Shown here: piece after piece, positions 21,701 through 37,200 of the stretch
Layout: every line of letters begins with the position of its first letter
How positions within the stretch are numbered: position 1 is the stretch's first letter
Origin: Auanema rhodensis
Lineage: Eukaryota > Animalia > Nematoda
Length of the DNA stretch: 64,000 nucleotides
Reading direction: 5' to 3'
Assembly (NCBI GenBank): GCA_964057225.1
Contig: CAXKVF010000074.1
Span: 248,001 to 312,000 of the forward strand
Position numbers and translations under genes: made by a program
Notes under the pieces: model-generated
Told to the model about the DNA's origin: nothing
Database searches by the model: none
Seen by the model: only the letters and a program-made list of their open reading frames with translations

Positions 21701-22298
21701 ATTGATATTGGTTCGTGGTAACCATGACTTTGAAATTTACGTGAACTTTAATTTATGCTAATTAAATGTACACGTGATGTGCACTTGGTATGTAACTCGC
21801 TTCACGTGAAAGATAAAGAGATGCGATTTTCAAAATTAGATTCCCCATGTCCATATTAGTCTAAAAACAAACTTTTATTGATATTGGTGCATGGTAACCA
21901 TGACTTTGAAATTTACGTGAACTTTAATTTATGCTAATTAAATGTACACGTGATGTGCACTTGGTATGTAACTCGCTTCACGTGAAAGATAAAGAGATGC
22001 GGTTTTCAAAATTAGATTCCCCATGTCCATATTAGTCTAAAAACAAATTTTTATTGATATTGGTTCATGGTAACCATGACTTTGAAATTTACGTGAACTT
22101 TAATTTATGCTAATTAAATGTACACGTGATGTGCACTTGGTATGTAACTCGCTTCACGTGAAAGATGAAGTGATGCGGTTTTCAAAATTAGATTCCCCAT
22201 GTCCATATTAGTCTAAAAACAAATTTTTATTGATATTGGTTCGTGGTAACCATGACTTTGAAATTTACGTGAACTTTAATTTATGCTAATTAAATGTA
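12795..22298 (+). repeat. 176-bp satellite array, forward orientation, exactly 54 monomer lengths
   Basis: Starts at monomer position 47 (CACGTG) and ends at position 46 (TGTA); 9504 bp = 54 x 176; has its own variant set (GAAAAATAAAG, GATGAAGTG, TTCGTGG). Confidence 0.99.
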
Positions 22299-25200
22299 GC
22301 GAGTTACATACCAAGTGCACATCACGTGTACATTTAATTAGCATAAATTAAAGTTCACGTAAATTTTGCGAGTTACATACCAAGTGCACATCACGTGTAC
22401 ATTTAATTAGCATAAATTAAAGTTCACGTAAATTTCAAAGTCATGGTTACCATGAACCAATATCAAGAAAAATTTGTTTTTAGACTAATATGGACATGGG
22501 GAATCTAATTTTGAAAACCGCATCTCTTTATCTTTCACGTGAAGCGAGTTACATACCAAGTGCACATCACGTGTACATTTAATTAGCATAAATTAAAGTT
22601 CACGTAAATTTCAAAGTCATGGTTACCATGCACCAATATCAATAAAAATTTGTTTTAAGACTAATATGGACATGGGGAATCTAATTTTGAAAACCGCATC
22701 TCTTTATCTTTCACGTGAAGCGAGTTACATACCAAGTGCACATCACGTGTACATTTAATTAGCATAAATTAAAGTTCACGTAAATTTCAAAGTCATGGTT
22801 ACCATGCACCAATATCAATAAAAATTTGTTTTTAGACTAATATGGACATGGGGAATCTAATTTTGAAAACCGCATCTCTTTATCTTTCACGTGAAGCGAG
22901 TTACATACCAAGTGCACATCACGTGTACATTTAATTAGCATAAATTAAAGTTCACGTAAATTTCAAAGTCATGGTTACCATGCACCAATATCAATAAAAA
23001 TTTGTTTTTAGACTAATATGGACATGGGGAATCTAATTTTGAAAACGGCATCTCTTCATCTTTCACGTGAAGCGAGTTACATACCAAGTGCACATCACGT
23101 GTACATTTAATTAGCATAAATTAAAGTTCACGTAAATTTCAAAGTCATGGTTACCATGCACCAATATCAATAAAAATTTGTTTTTAGACTAATATGGACA
23201 TGGGGAATCTAATTTTGAAAACCGCATCTCTTTATCTTTCACGTGAAGCGAGTTACATACCAAGTGCACATCACGTGTACATTTAATTAGCATAAATTAA
23301 AGTTCACGTAAATTTCAAAGTCATGGTTACCATGAACCAATATCAATAAAAATTTGTTTTTAGACTAATATGGACATGGGGAATCTAATTTTGAAAACCG
23401 CATCTCTTTATCTTTCACGTGAAGCGAGTTACATACCAAGTGCACATCACGTGTACATTTAATTAGCATAAATTGAAGTTCACGTAAATTTCAAAGTCAT
23501 GGTTACCATGCACCAATATCAATAAAAATTTGTTTTTAGACTAATATGGACATGGGGAATCTAATTTTGAAAACCGCATCTCTTCATCTTTCACGTGAAG
23601 CGAGTTACATACCAAGTGCACATCACGTGTACATTTAATTAGCATAAATTAAAGTTCACGTAAATTTCAAAGTCATGGTTACCATGCATTAATATCAATA
23701 AAAATTTGTTTTTAGACTAATATGGACATGGGGAATCTAATTTTGAAAACCGCATCTCTTTATCTTTCACGTGAAGCGAGTTACATACCAAGTGCACATC
23801 ACGTGTACATTTAATTGGCATAAATTAAAGTTCACGTAAATTTCAAAGTCATGGTTACCATGAACCAATATCAATAAAAATTTGTTTTTAGACTAATATG
23901 GACATGGGGAATCTAATTTTGAAAACCGCATCTCTTTATCTTTCACGAGAAGCGAGTTACATACCAAGTGCACATCACGTGTACATTTAATTAGCATAAA
24001 TTAAAGTTCACGTAAATTTTAAAGTCATGGTTACCATGCACCAATATCAATAAAAATTTGTTTTTAGACTAATATGGACATGGGGAATCTAATTTTGAAA
24101 ACCGCATCTCTTTATCTTTCACGTGAAGCGAGTTACATACCAAGTGCACATCACGTGTACATTTAATTAGCATAAATGAAAGTTCACGTAAATTTCAAAG
24201 TCATGGTTACCATGAACCAATATCAATAAAAATTTGTTTTTAGACTAATATGGACATGGGGAATCTAATTTTGAAAACCGCATCTCTTCATCTTTCACGT
24301 GAAGCGAGTTACATACCAAGTGCACATCACGTGTACATTTAATTAGCATAAATTAAAGTTCACGTAAATTTCAAAGTCATGGTTACCATGCACCAATATC
24401 AATAAAAATTTGTTTTTAGACTAATATGGACATGGGGAATCTAATTTTGAAAACCGCATCTTTTTATCTTTCACGTGAAGCGAGTTACATACCAAGTGCA
24501 CATCACGTGTACATTTAATTAGCATAAATTAAAGTTCACGTAAATTTCAAAGTCATGGTTACCATGAAGCAATATCAATAAAAATTTGTTTTTAGACTAA
24601 TATGGACATGGGGAATCTAATTTTGAAAACCGCATCTCTTTATCTTTCACGTGAAGCGAGTTACATACCAAGTGCACATCACGTGTACATTTAATTAGCA
24701 TAAATTAAAGTTCACGTAAATTTCAAAGTCATGGTTACCATGAACCAATATCAATAAAAATTTGTTTTTAGACTAATATGGACATGGGGAATCTAATTTT
24801 GAAAACCGCATTTCTTTATCTTTCACGTGAAGCGAGTTACATACCAAGTGCACATCACGTGTACATTTAATTAGCATAAATTAAAGTTCACGTAAAATTC
24901 AAAGTTATGGTTACCATGAACCAATATCAATAAAAATTTGTTTTTAGACTAATATGGACATGGGAAATCTAATTTTGAAAACCGCATCTCTTTATCTTTC
25001 ACGTGAAGCGAGTTACATACCAAGTGCACATCACGTGTACATTTAATTAGCATAAATTAAAGTTCACGTAAAATTCAAAGTTATGGTTACCATGAACCAA
25101 TATCAATAAAAATTTGTTTTTAGACTAATATGGACATGGGAAATCTAATTTTGAAAACCGCATCTCTTTATCTTTCACGTGAAGCGAGTTACATACCAAG

Positions 25201-28200
25201 TGCACATCACGTGTACATTTAATTAGCATAAATTAAAGTTCACGTAAATTTCAAAGTCATGGTTACCATGAACCAATATCAATAAAAATTTGTTTTTAGA
25301 CTAATATGGACATGGGGAATCTAATTTTGAAAACCGCATCTCTTTATCTTTCACGTGAAGCGAGTTACATACCAAGTGCACATCACGTGTACATTTAATT
25401 AGCATAAATTGAAGTTCACGTAAATTTCAAAGTCATGGTTACCATGCACCAATATCAATAAAAATTTGTTTTTAGACTAATATGGACATGGGGAATCTAA
25501 TTTTGAAAACCGCATCTCTTTATCTTTCACGTGAAGCGAGTTGCATACCAAGTGCACATCACGTGTACATTTAATTAGCATAAATTAAAGTTCACGTAAA
25601 TTTCAAAGTCATGGTTACCATGCACCAATATCAATAAAAATTTGTTTTTAGACTAATATGGACATGGGGAATCTAATTTTGAAAACCGCATCTCTTCATC
25701 TTTCACGTGAAGCGAGTTACATACCAAGTGCACATCACGTGTACATTTAATTAGCATAAATTAAAGTTCACGTAAATTTCAAAGTCATGGTTACCATGCA
25801 TTAATATCAATAAAAATTTGTTTTTAGACTAATATGGACATGGGGAATCTAATTTTGAAAACCGCATCTCTTTATCTTTCACGTGAAGCGAGTTACATAC
25901 CAAGTGCACATCACGTGTACATTTAATTGGCATAAATTAAAGTTCACGTAAATTTCAAAGTCATGGTTACCATGAACCAATATCAATAAAAATTTGTTTT
26001 TAGACTAATATGGACATGGGGAATCTAATTTTGAAAACCGCATCTCTTTATCTTTCACGAGAAGCGAGTTACATACCAAGTGCACATCACGTGTACATTT
26101 AATTAGCATAAATTAAAGTTCACGTAAATTTTAAAGTCATGGTTACCATGCACCAATATCAATAAAAATTTGTTTTTAGACTAATATGGACATGGGGAAT
26201 CTAATTTTGAAAACCGCATCTCTTTATCTTTCACGTGAAGCGAGTTACATACCAAGTGCACATCACGTGTACATTTAATTAGCATAAATGAAAGTTCACG
26301 TAAATTTCAAAGTCATGGTTACCATGAACCAATATCAATAAAAATTTGTTTTTAGACTAATATGGACATGGGGAATCTAATTTTGAAAACCGCATCTCTT
26401 CATCTTTCACGTGAAGCGAGTTACATACCAAGTGCACATCACGTGTACATTTAATTAGCATAAATTAAAGTTCACGTAAATTTCAAAGTCATGGTTACCA
26501 TGCACCAATATCAATAAAAATTTGTTTTTAGACTAATATGGACATGGGGAATCTAATTTTGAAAACCGCATCTTTTTATCTTTCACGTGAAGCGAGTTAC
26601 ATACCAAGTGCACATCACGTGTACATTTAATTAGCATAAATTAAAGTTCACGTAAATTTCAAAGTCATGGTTACCATGAAGCAATATCAATAAAAATTTG
26701 TTTTTAGACTAATATGGACATGGGGAATCTAATTTTGAAAACCGCATCTCTTTATCTTTCACGTGAAGCGAGTTACATACCAAGTGCACATCACGTGTAC
26801 ATTTAATTAGCATAAATTAAAGTTCACGTAAATTTCAAAGTCATGGTTACCATGAACCAATATCAATAAAAATTTGTTTTTAGACTAATATGGACATGGG
26901 GAATCTAATTTTGAAAACCGCATTTCTTTATCTTTCACGTGAAGCGAGTTACATACCAAGTGCACATCACGTGTACATTTAATTAGCATAAATTAAAGTT
27001 CACGTAAAATTCAAAGTTATGGTTACCATGAACCAATATCAATAAAAATTTGTTTTTAGACTAATATGGACATGGGAAATCTAATTTTGAAAACCGCATC
27101 TCTTTATCTTTCACGTGAAGCGAGTTACATACCAAGTGCACATCACGTGTACATTTAATTAGCATAAATTAAAGTTCACGTAAATTTCAAAGTCATGGTT
27201 ACCATGAAACAATATCAATAAAAATTTGTTTTTAGACTAATATGGACATGGGGAATCTAATTTTGAAAACCGGATCTCTTTATCTTTCACGTGAAGCGAG
27301 TTACAAACCAAGTGCACATCACGTGTACATTTAATTAGCATTAATTAAAGTTCACGTAAATTTCAAAGTCATGGTTACCATGAACCAATATCAATAAAAA
27401 TTTGTTTTTAGACTAATATGGACATGGGGAATCTAATTTTGAAAACCGCATCTCTTTATCTTTCACGTGAAGCGAGTTACATACCAAGTGCACATCACGT
27501 GTACATTTAATTAGCATAAATTAAAGTTCACGTAAATTTCAAAGTCATGGTTACCATGCACCAATATCAATAAAATTTTGTTTTTAGACTAATATGGACA
27601 TGGGGAATCTAATTTTGAAAACCGCATCTCTTTATCTTTCACGTGAAGCGAGTTACATACCAAGTGCACATCACGTGTACATTTAATTAGCATAAATTAA
27701 AGTTCACGTAAATTTCAAAGTCATGGTTACCATGCACCAATATCAATAAAAATTTGTTTTAAGACTAATATGGACATGGGGAATCTAATTTTGAAAACCG
27801 CATCTCTTTATCTTTCACGTGAAGCGAGTTACATACCAAGTGCACATCACGTGTACATTTAATTAGCATAAATTAAAGTTCACGTAAATTTCAAAGTCAT
27901 GGTTACCATGCACCAATATCAATAAAAATTTGTTTTTAGACTAATATGGACATGGGGAATCTAATTTTGAAAACCGCATCTCTTTATCTTTCACGTGAAG
28001 CGAGTTACATACCAAGTGCACATCACGTGTACATTTAATTAGCATAAATTAAAGTTCACGTAAATTTCAAAGTCATGGTTACCATGCACCAATATCAATA
28101 AAAATTTGTTTTTAGACTAATATGGACATGGGGAATCTAATTTTGAAAACCGCATCTCTTTATCTTTCACGTGAAGCGAGTTACATACCAAGTGCACATC

Positions 28201-31200
28201 ACGTGTACATTTAATTAGCATAAATTAAAGTTCACGTAAATTTCAAAGTCATGGTTACCATGCACCAATATCAATAAAAATTTGTTTTTAGACTAATATG
28301 GACATGGGGAATCTAATTTTGAAAACGGCATCTCTTCATCTTTCACGTGAAGCGAGTTACATACCAAGTGCACATCACGTGTACATTTAATTAGCATAAA
28401 TTAAAGTTCACGTAAATTTCAAAGTCATGGTTACCATGCACCAATATCAATAAAAATTTGTTTTTAGACTAATATGGACATGGGGAATCTAATTTTGAAA
28501 ACCGCATCTCTTTATCTTTCACGTGAAGCGAGTTACATACCAAGTGCACATCACGTGTACATTTAATTAGCATAAATTAAAGTTCACGTAAATTTCAAAG
28601 TCATGGTTACCATGCACCAATATCAATAAAAATTTGTTTTTAGACTAATATGGACATGGGGAATCTAATTTTGAAAACCTCATCTCTTTATCTTTCACGT
28701 GAAACGAGTTACATACCAAGTGCACATCACGTGTACATTTAATTAGCATAAATTAAAGTTCACGTAAATTTCAAAGTCATGGTTACCATGAACCAATATC
28801 AATAAAAATTTGTTTTTAGACTAATATGGACATGAGGAATCTAATTTTGAAAACCGCATCTCTTCATCTTTCACGTGAAGCGAGTTACATACCAAGTGCA
28901 CATCACGTGTACATTTAATTAGCATAAATTAAAGTTCACGTAAATTTCAAAGTCATGGTTACCATGCATCAATATCAATAAAAATTTGTTTTTAGACTAA
29001 TATGGACATGGGGAATCTAATTTTGAAAACCGCATCTCTTTATCTTTCACGTGAAGCGAGTTGCATACCAAGTGCACATCACGTGTACATTTAATTAGCA
29101 TAAATTAAAGTTCACGTAAATTTCAAAGTCATGGTTACCATGCACCAATATCAATAAAAATTTGTTTTAAGACTAATATGGACATGGGGAATCTAATTTT
29201 GAAAACCGCATCTCTTTATCTTTCACGTGAAGCGAGTTACATACCAAGTGCACATCACGTGTACATTTAATTAGCATAAATTAAAGTTCACGTAAATTTC
29301 AAAGTCATGGTTACCATGCACCAATATCAATAAAAATTTGTTTTTAGACTAATATGGACATGGGGAATCTAATTTTGAAAACCGCATCTCTTTATCTTTC
29401 ACGTGAAGCGAGTTACATACCAAGTGCACATCACGTGTACATTTAATTAGCATAAATTAAAGTTCACGTAAATTTCAAAGTCATGGTTACCATGCACCAA
29501 TATCAATAAAAATTTGTTTTTAGACTAATATGGACATGGGGAATCTAATTTTGAAAACGGCATCTCTTCATCTTTCACGTGAAGCGAGTTACATACCAAG
29601 TGCACATCACGTGTACATTTAATTAGCATAAATTAAAGTTCACGTAAATTTCAAAGTCATGGTTACCATGCACCAATATCAATAAAAATTTGTTTTTAGA
29701 CTAATATGGACATGGGGAATCTAATTTTGAAAACCGCATCTCTTTATCTTTCACGTGAAGCGAGTTACATACCAAGTGCACATCACGTGTACATTTAATT
29801 AGCATAAATTAAAGTTCACGTAAATTTCAAAGTCATGGTTACCATGCACCAATATCAATAAAAATTTGTTTTTAGACTAATATGGACATGGGGAATCTAA
29901 TTTTGAAAACCGCATCTCTTTATCTTTCACGTGAAGCGAGTTACATACCAAGTGCACATCACGTGTACATTTAATTAGCATAAATTAAAGTTCACGTAAA
30001 TTTCAAAGTCATGGTTACCATGAACCAATATCAATAAAAATTTGTTTTTAGACTAATATGGACATGGGGAATCTAATTTTGAAAACCGCATCTCTTTATC
30101 TTTCACGTGAAGCGAGTTACATACCAAGTGCACATCACGTGTGCATTTAATTAGCATAAATTAAAGTTCACGTAAATTTCAAAGTCATGGTTACCATGCA
30201 CCAATATCAATAAAAATTTGTTTTTAGACTAATATGGACATGGGGAATCTAATTTTGAAAACGGCATCTCTTCATCTTTCACGTGAAGCGAGTTACATAC
30301 CAAGTGCACATCACGTGTACATTTAATTAGCATAAATTAAAGTTCACGTAAATTTCAAAGTCATGGTTACCATGCACCAATATCAATAAAAATTTGTTTT
30401 TAGACTAATATGGACATGGGGAATCTAATTTTGAAAACCGCATCTCTTTATCTTTCACGTGAAGCGAGTTACATACCAAGTGCACATCACGTGTACATTT
30501 AATTAGCATAAATTAAAGTTCACGTAAATTTCAAAGTCATGGTTACCATGCACCAATATCAATAAAAATTTGTTTTTAGACTAATATGGACATGGGGAAT
30601 CTAATTTTGAAAACGGCATCTCTTCATCTTTCACGTGAAGCGAGTTACATACCAAGTGCACATCACGTGTACATTTAATTAGCATAAATTAAAGTTCACG
30701 TAAATTTCAAAGTCATGGTTACCATGCACCAATATCAATAAAAATTTGTTTTTAGACTAATATGGACATGGGGAATCTAATTTTGAAAACCGCATCTCTT
30801 TATCTTTCACGTGAAGCGAGTTACATACCAAGTGCACATCACGTGTACATTTAATTAGCATAAATTAAAGTTCACGTAAATTTCAAAGTCATGGTTACCA
30901 TGCACCAATATCAATAAAAATTTGTTTTTAGACTAATATGGACATGGGGAATCTAATTTTGAAAACCTCATCTCTTTATCTTTCACGTGAAACGAGTTAC
31001 ATACCAAGTGCACATCACGTGTACATTTAATTAGCATAAATTAAAGTTCACGTAAATTTCAAAGTCATGGTTACCATGAACCAATATCAATAAAAATTTG
31101 TTTTTAGACTAATATGGACATGAGGAATCTAATTTTGAAAACCGCATCTCTTCATCTTTCACGTGAAGCGAGTTACATACCAAGTGCACATCACGTGTAC

Positions 31201-34200
31201 ATTTAATTAGCATAAATTAAAGTTCACGTAAATTTCAAAGTCATGGTTACCATGCATCAATATCAATAAAAATTTGTTTTTAGACTAATATGGACATGGG
31301 GAATCTAATTTTGAAAACCGCATCTCTTTATCTTTCACGTGAAGCGAGTTGCATACCAAGTGCACATCACGTGTACATTTAATTAGCATAAATTAAAGTT
31401 CACGTAAATTTCAAAGTCATGGTTACCATGCACCAATATCAATAAAAATTTGTTTTAAGACTAATATGGACATGGGGAATCTAATTTTGAAAACCGCATC
31501 TCTTTATCTTTCACGTGAAGCGAGTTACATACCAAGTGCACATCACGTGTACATTTAATTAGCATAAATTAAAGTTCACGTAAATTTCAAAGTCATGGTT
31601 ACCATGCACCAATATCAATAAAAATTTGTTTTTAGACTAATATGGACATGGGGAATCTAATTTTGAAAACCGCATCTCTTTATCTTTCACGTGAAGCGAG
31701 TTACATACCAAGTGCACATCACGTGTACATTTAATTAGCATAAATTAAAGTTCACGTAAATTTCAAAGTCATGGTTACCATGCACCAATATCAATAAAAA
31801 TTTGTTTTTAGACTAATATGGACATGGGGAATCTAATTTTGAAAACGGCATCTCTTCATCTTTCACGTGAAGCGAGTTACATACCAAGTGCACATCACGT
31901 GTACATTTAATTAGCATAAATTAAAGTTCACGTAAATTTCAAAGTCATGGTTACCATGCACCAATATCAATAAAAATTTGTTTTTAGACTAATATGGACA
32001 TGGGGAATCTAATTTTGAAAACCGCATCTCTTTATCTTTCACGTGAAGCGAGTTACATACCAAGTGCACATCACGTGTACATTTAATTAGCATAAATTAA
32101 AGTTCACGTAAATTTCAAAGTCATGGTTACCATGCACCAATATCAATAAAAATTTGTTTTTAGACTAATATGGACATGGGGAATCTAATTTTGAAAACCG
32201 CATCTCTTTATCTTTCACGTGAAGCGAGTTACATACCAAGTGCACATCACGTGTACATTTAATTAGCATAAATTAAAGTTCACGTAAATTTCAAAGTCAT
32301 GGTTACCATGAACCAATATCAATAAAAATTTGTTTTTAGACTAATATGGACATGGGGAATCTAATTTTGAAAACCGCATCTCTTTATCTTTCACGTGAAG
32401 CGAGTTACATACCAAGTGCACATCACGTGTGCATTTAATTAGCATAAATTAAAGTTCACGTAAATTTCAAAGTCATGGTTACCATGCACCAATATCAATA
32501 AAAATTTGTTTTTAGACTAATATGGACATGGGGAATCTAATTTTGAAAACGGCATCTCTTCATCTTTCACGTGAAGCGAGTTACATACCAAGTGCACATC
32601 ACGTGTACATTTAATTAGCATAAATTAAAGTTCACGTAAATTTCAAAGTCATGGTTACCATGCACCAATATCAATAAAAATTTGTTTTTAGACTAATATG
32701 GACATGGGGAATCTAATTTTGAAAACCGCATCTCTTTATCTTTCACGTGAAGCGAGTTACATACCAAGTGCACATCACGTGTACATTTAATTAGCATAAA
32801 TTAAAGTTCACGTAAATTTCAAAGTCATGGTTACCATGCACCAATATCAATAAAAATTTGTTTTTAGACTAATATGGACATGGGGAATCTAATTTTGAAA
32901 ACCTCATCTCTTTATCTTTCACGTGAAACGAGTTACATACCAAGTGCACATCACGTGTACATTTAATTAGCATAAATTAAAGTTCACGTAAATTTCAAAG
33001 TCATGGTTACCATGCACCAATATCAATAAAAATTTGTTTTTAGACTAATATGGACATGGGGAATCTAATTTTGAAAACGGCATCTCTTCATCTTTCACGT
33101 GAAGCGAGTTACATACCAAGTGCACATCACGTGTACATTTAATTAGCATAAATTAAAGTTCACGTAAATTTCAAAGTCATGGTTACCATGCACCAATATC
33201 AATAAAAATTTGTTTTTAGACTAATATGGACATGGGGAATCTAATTTTGAAAACCGCATCTCTTTATCTTTCACGTGAAGCGAGTTACATACCAAGTGCA
33301 CATCACGTGTACATTTAATTAGCATAAATTAAAGTTCACGTAAATTTCAAAGTCATGGTTACCATGCACCAATATCAATAAAAATTTGTTTTTAGACTAA
33401 TATGGACATGGGGAATCTAATTTTGAAAACCGCATCTCTTTATCTTTCACGTGAAGCGAGTTACATACCAAGTGCACATCACGTGTACATTTAATTAGCA
33501 TAAATTAAAGTTCACGTAAATTTCAAAGTCATGGTTACCATGAACCAATATCAATAAAAATTTGTTTTTAGACTAATATGGACATGGGGAATCTAATTTT
33601 GAAAACCGCATCTCTTTATCTTTCACGTGAAGCGAGTTACATACCAAGTGCACATCACGTGTGCATTTAATTAGCATAAATTAAAGTTCACGTAAATTTC
33701 AAAGTCATGGTTACCATGCACCAATATCAATAAAAATTTGTTTTTAGACTAATATGGACATGGGGAATCTAATTTTGAAAACGGCATCTCTTCATCTTTC
33801 ACGTGAAGCGAGTTACATACCAAGTGCACATCACGTGTACATTTAATTAGCATAAATTAAAGTTCACGTAAATTTCAAAGTCATGGTTACCATGCACCAA
33901 TATCAATAAAAATTTGTTTTTAGACTAATATGGACATGGGGAATCTAATTTTGAAAACCGCATCTCTTTATCTTTCACGTGAAGCGAGTTACATACCAAG
34001 TGCACATCACGTGTACATTTAATTAGCATAAATTAAAGTTCACGTAAATTTCAAAGTCATGGTTACCATGCACCAATATCAATAAAAATTTGTTTTTAGA
34101 CTAATATGGACATGGGGAATCTAATTTTGAAAACCTCATCTCTTTATCTTTCACGTGAAACGAGTTACATACCAAGTGCACATCACGTGTACATTTAATT

Positions 34201-37200
34201 AGCATAAATTAAAGTTCACGTAAATTTCAAAGTCATGGTTACCATGCACCAATATCAATAAAAATTTGTTTTTAGACTAATATGGACATGGGGAATCTAA
34301 TTTTGAAAACCGCATCTCTTCATCTTTCACGTGAAGCGAGTTACATACCAAGTGCACATCACGTGTACATTTAATTAGCATAAATTAAAGTTCACGTAAA
34401 TTTCAAAGTCATGGTTACCATGCACCAATATCAATAAAAATTTGTTTTTAGACTAATATGGACATGGGGAATCTAATTTTGAAAACGGCATCTCTTCATC
34501 TTTCACGTGAAGCGAGTTACATACCAAGTGCACATCACGTGTACATTTAATTAGCATAAATTAAAGTTCACGTAAATTTCAAAGTCATGGTTACCATGCA
34601 CCAATATCAATAAAAATTTGTTTTTAGACTAATATGGACATGGGGAATCTAATTTTGAAAACCGCATCTCTTTATCTTTCACGTGAAGCGAGTTACATAC
34701 CAAGTGCACATCACGTGTACATTTAATTAGCATAAATTAAAGTTCACGTAAATTTCAAAGTCATGGTTACCATGAACCAATATCAATAAAAATTTGTTTT
34801 TAGACTAATATGGACATGGAGAATCTAATTTTGAAAACCGCATCTCTTTATCTTTCACGTGAAGCGAGTTACATACCAAGTGCACATCACGTGTACATTT
34901 AATTAGCATAAATTGAAGTTCACGTAAATTTCAAAGTCATGGTTACCATGCACCAATATCAATAAAAATTTGTTTTTAGACTAATATGGACATGGGGAAT
35001 CTAATTTTGAAAACCGCATCTCTTTATCTTTCACGTGAAGCGAGTTGCATACCAAGTGCACATCACGTGTACATTTAATTAGCATAAATTAAAGTTCACG
35101 TAAATTTCAAAGTCATGGTTACCATGCACCAATATCAATAAAAATTTGTTTTTAGACTAATATGGACATGGGGAATCTAATTTTGAAAACCGCATCTCTT
35201 CATCTTTCACGTGAAGCGAGTTACATACCAAGTGCACATCACGTGTACATTTAATTAGCATAAATTAAAGTTCACGTAAATTTCAAAGTCATGGTTACCA
35301 TGCACCAATATCAATAAAAATTTGTTTTTAGACTAATATGGACATGGGGAATCTAATTTTGAAAACCGCATCTCTTTATCTTTCACGTGAAGCGAGTTAC
35401 ATACCAAGTGCACATCACGTGTACATTTAATTGGCATAAATTAAAGTTCACGTAAATTTCAAAGTCATGGTTACCATGAACCAATATCAATAAAAATTTG
35501 TTTTTAGACTAATATGGACATGGGGAATCTAATTTTGAAAACCGCATCTCTTTATCTTTCACGAGAAGCGAGTTACATACCAAGTGCACATCACGTGTAC
35601 ATTTAATTAGCATAAATTAAAGTTCACGTAAATTTTAAAGTCATGGTTACCATGCACCAATATCAATAAAAATTTGTTTTTAGACTAATATGGACATGGG
35701 GAATCTAATTTTGAAAACCGCATCTCTTTATCTTTCACGTGAAGCGAGTTACAAACCAAGTGCACATCACGTGTACATTTAATTAGCATAAATGAAAGTT
35801 CACGTAAATTTCAAAGTCATGGTTACCATGAACCAATATCAATAAAAATTTGTTTTTAGACTAATATGGACATGGGGAATCTAATTTTGAAAACCGCATC
35901 TCTTCATCTTTCACGTGAAGCGAGTTACATACCAAGTGCACATCACGTGTACATTTAATTAGCATAAATTAAAGTTCACGTAAATTTCAAAGTCATGGTT
36001 ACCATGCACCAATATCAATAAAAATTTGTTTTTAGACTAATATGGACATGAAGAATCTAATTTTGAAAACCGCATCTTTTTATCTTTCACGTGAAGCGAG
36101 TTACATACCAAGTGCACATCACGTGTACATTTAATTAGCATAAATTAAAGTTCACGTAAATTTCAAAGTCATGGTTACCATGAAGCAATATCAATAAAAA
36201 TTTGTTTTTAGACTAATATGGACATAGGGAATCTAATTTTGAAAACCGCATCTCTTTATCTTTCACGTGAAGCGAGTTACATACCAAGTGCACATCACGT
36301 GTACATTTAATTAGCATAAATTAAAGTTCACGTAAATTTCAAAGTCATGGTTACCATGAACCAATATCAATAAAAATTTGTTTTTAGACTAATATGGACA
36401 TGGGGAATCTAATTTTGAAAACCGCATTTCTTTATCTTTCACGTGAAGCGAGTTACATACCAAGTGCACATCACGTGTACATTTAATTAGCATAAATTAA
36501 AGTTCACGTAAAATTCAAAGTTATGGTTACCATGAACCAATATCAATAAAAATTTGTTTTTAGACTAATATGGACATGGGAAATCTAATTTTGAAAACCG
36601 CATCTCTTTATCTTTCACGTGAAGCGAGTTACATACCAAGTGCACATCACGTGTACATTTAATTAGCATAAATTAAAGTTCACGTAAATTTCAAAGTCAT
36701 GGTTACCATGAAGCAATATCAATAAAAATTTGTTTTTAGACTAATATGGACATGGGGAATCTAATTTTGAAAACCGGATCTCTTTATCTTTCACGTGAAG
36801 CGAGTTACAAACCAAGTGCACATCACGTGTACATTTAATTAGCATTAATTAAAGTTCACGTAAATTTCAAAGTCATGGTTACCATGAACCAATATCAATA
36901 AAAATTTGTTTTTAGACTAATATGGACATGGGGAATCTAATTTTGAAAACCGCATCTCTTTATCTTTCACGTGAAGCGAGTTACATACCAAGTGCACATC
37001 ACGTGTACATTTAATTAGCATAAATTAAAGTTCACGTAAATTTCAAAGTCATGGTTACCATGCACCAATATCAATAAAAATTTGTTTTTAGACTAATATG
37101 GACATGGGGAATCTAATTTTGAAAACCGCATCTCTTTATCTTTCACGTGAAGCGAGTTACATACCAAGTGCACATCACGTGTACATTTAATTAGCATAAA

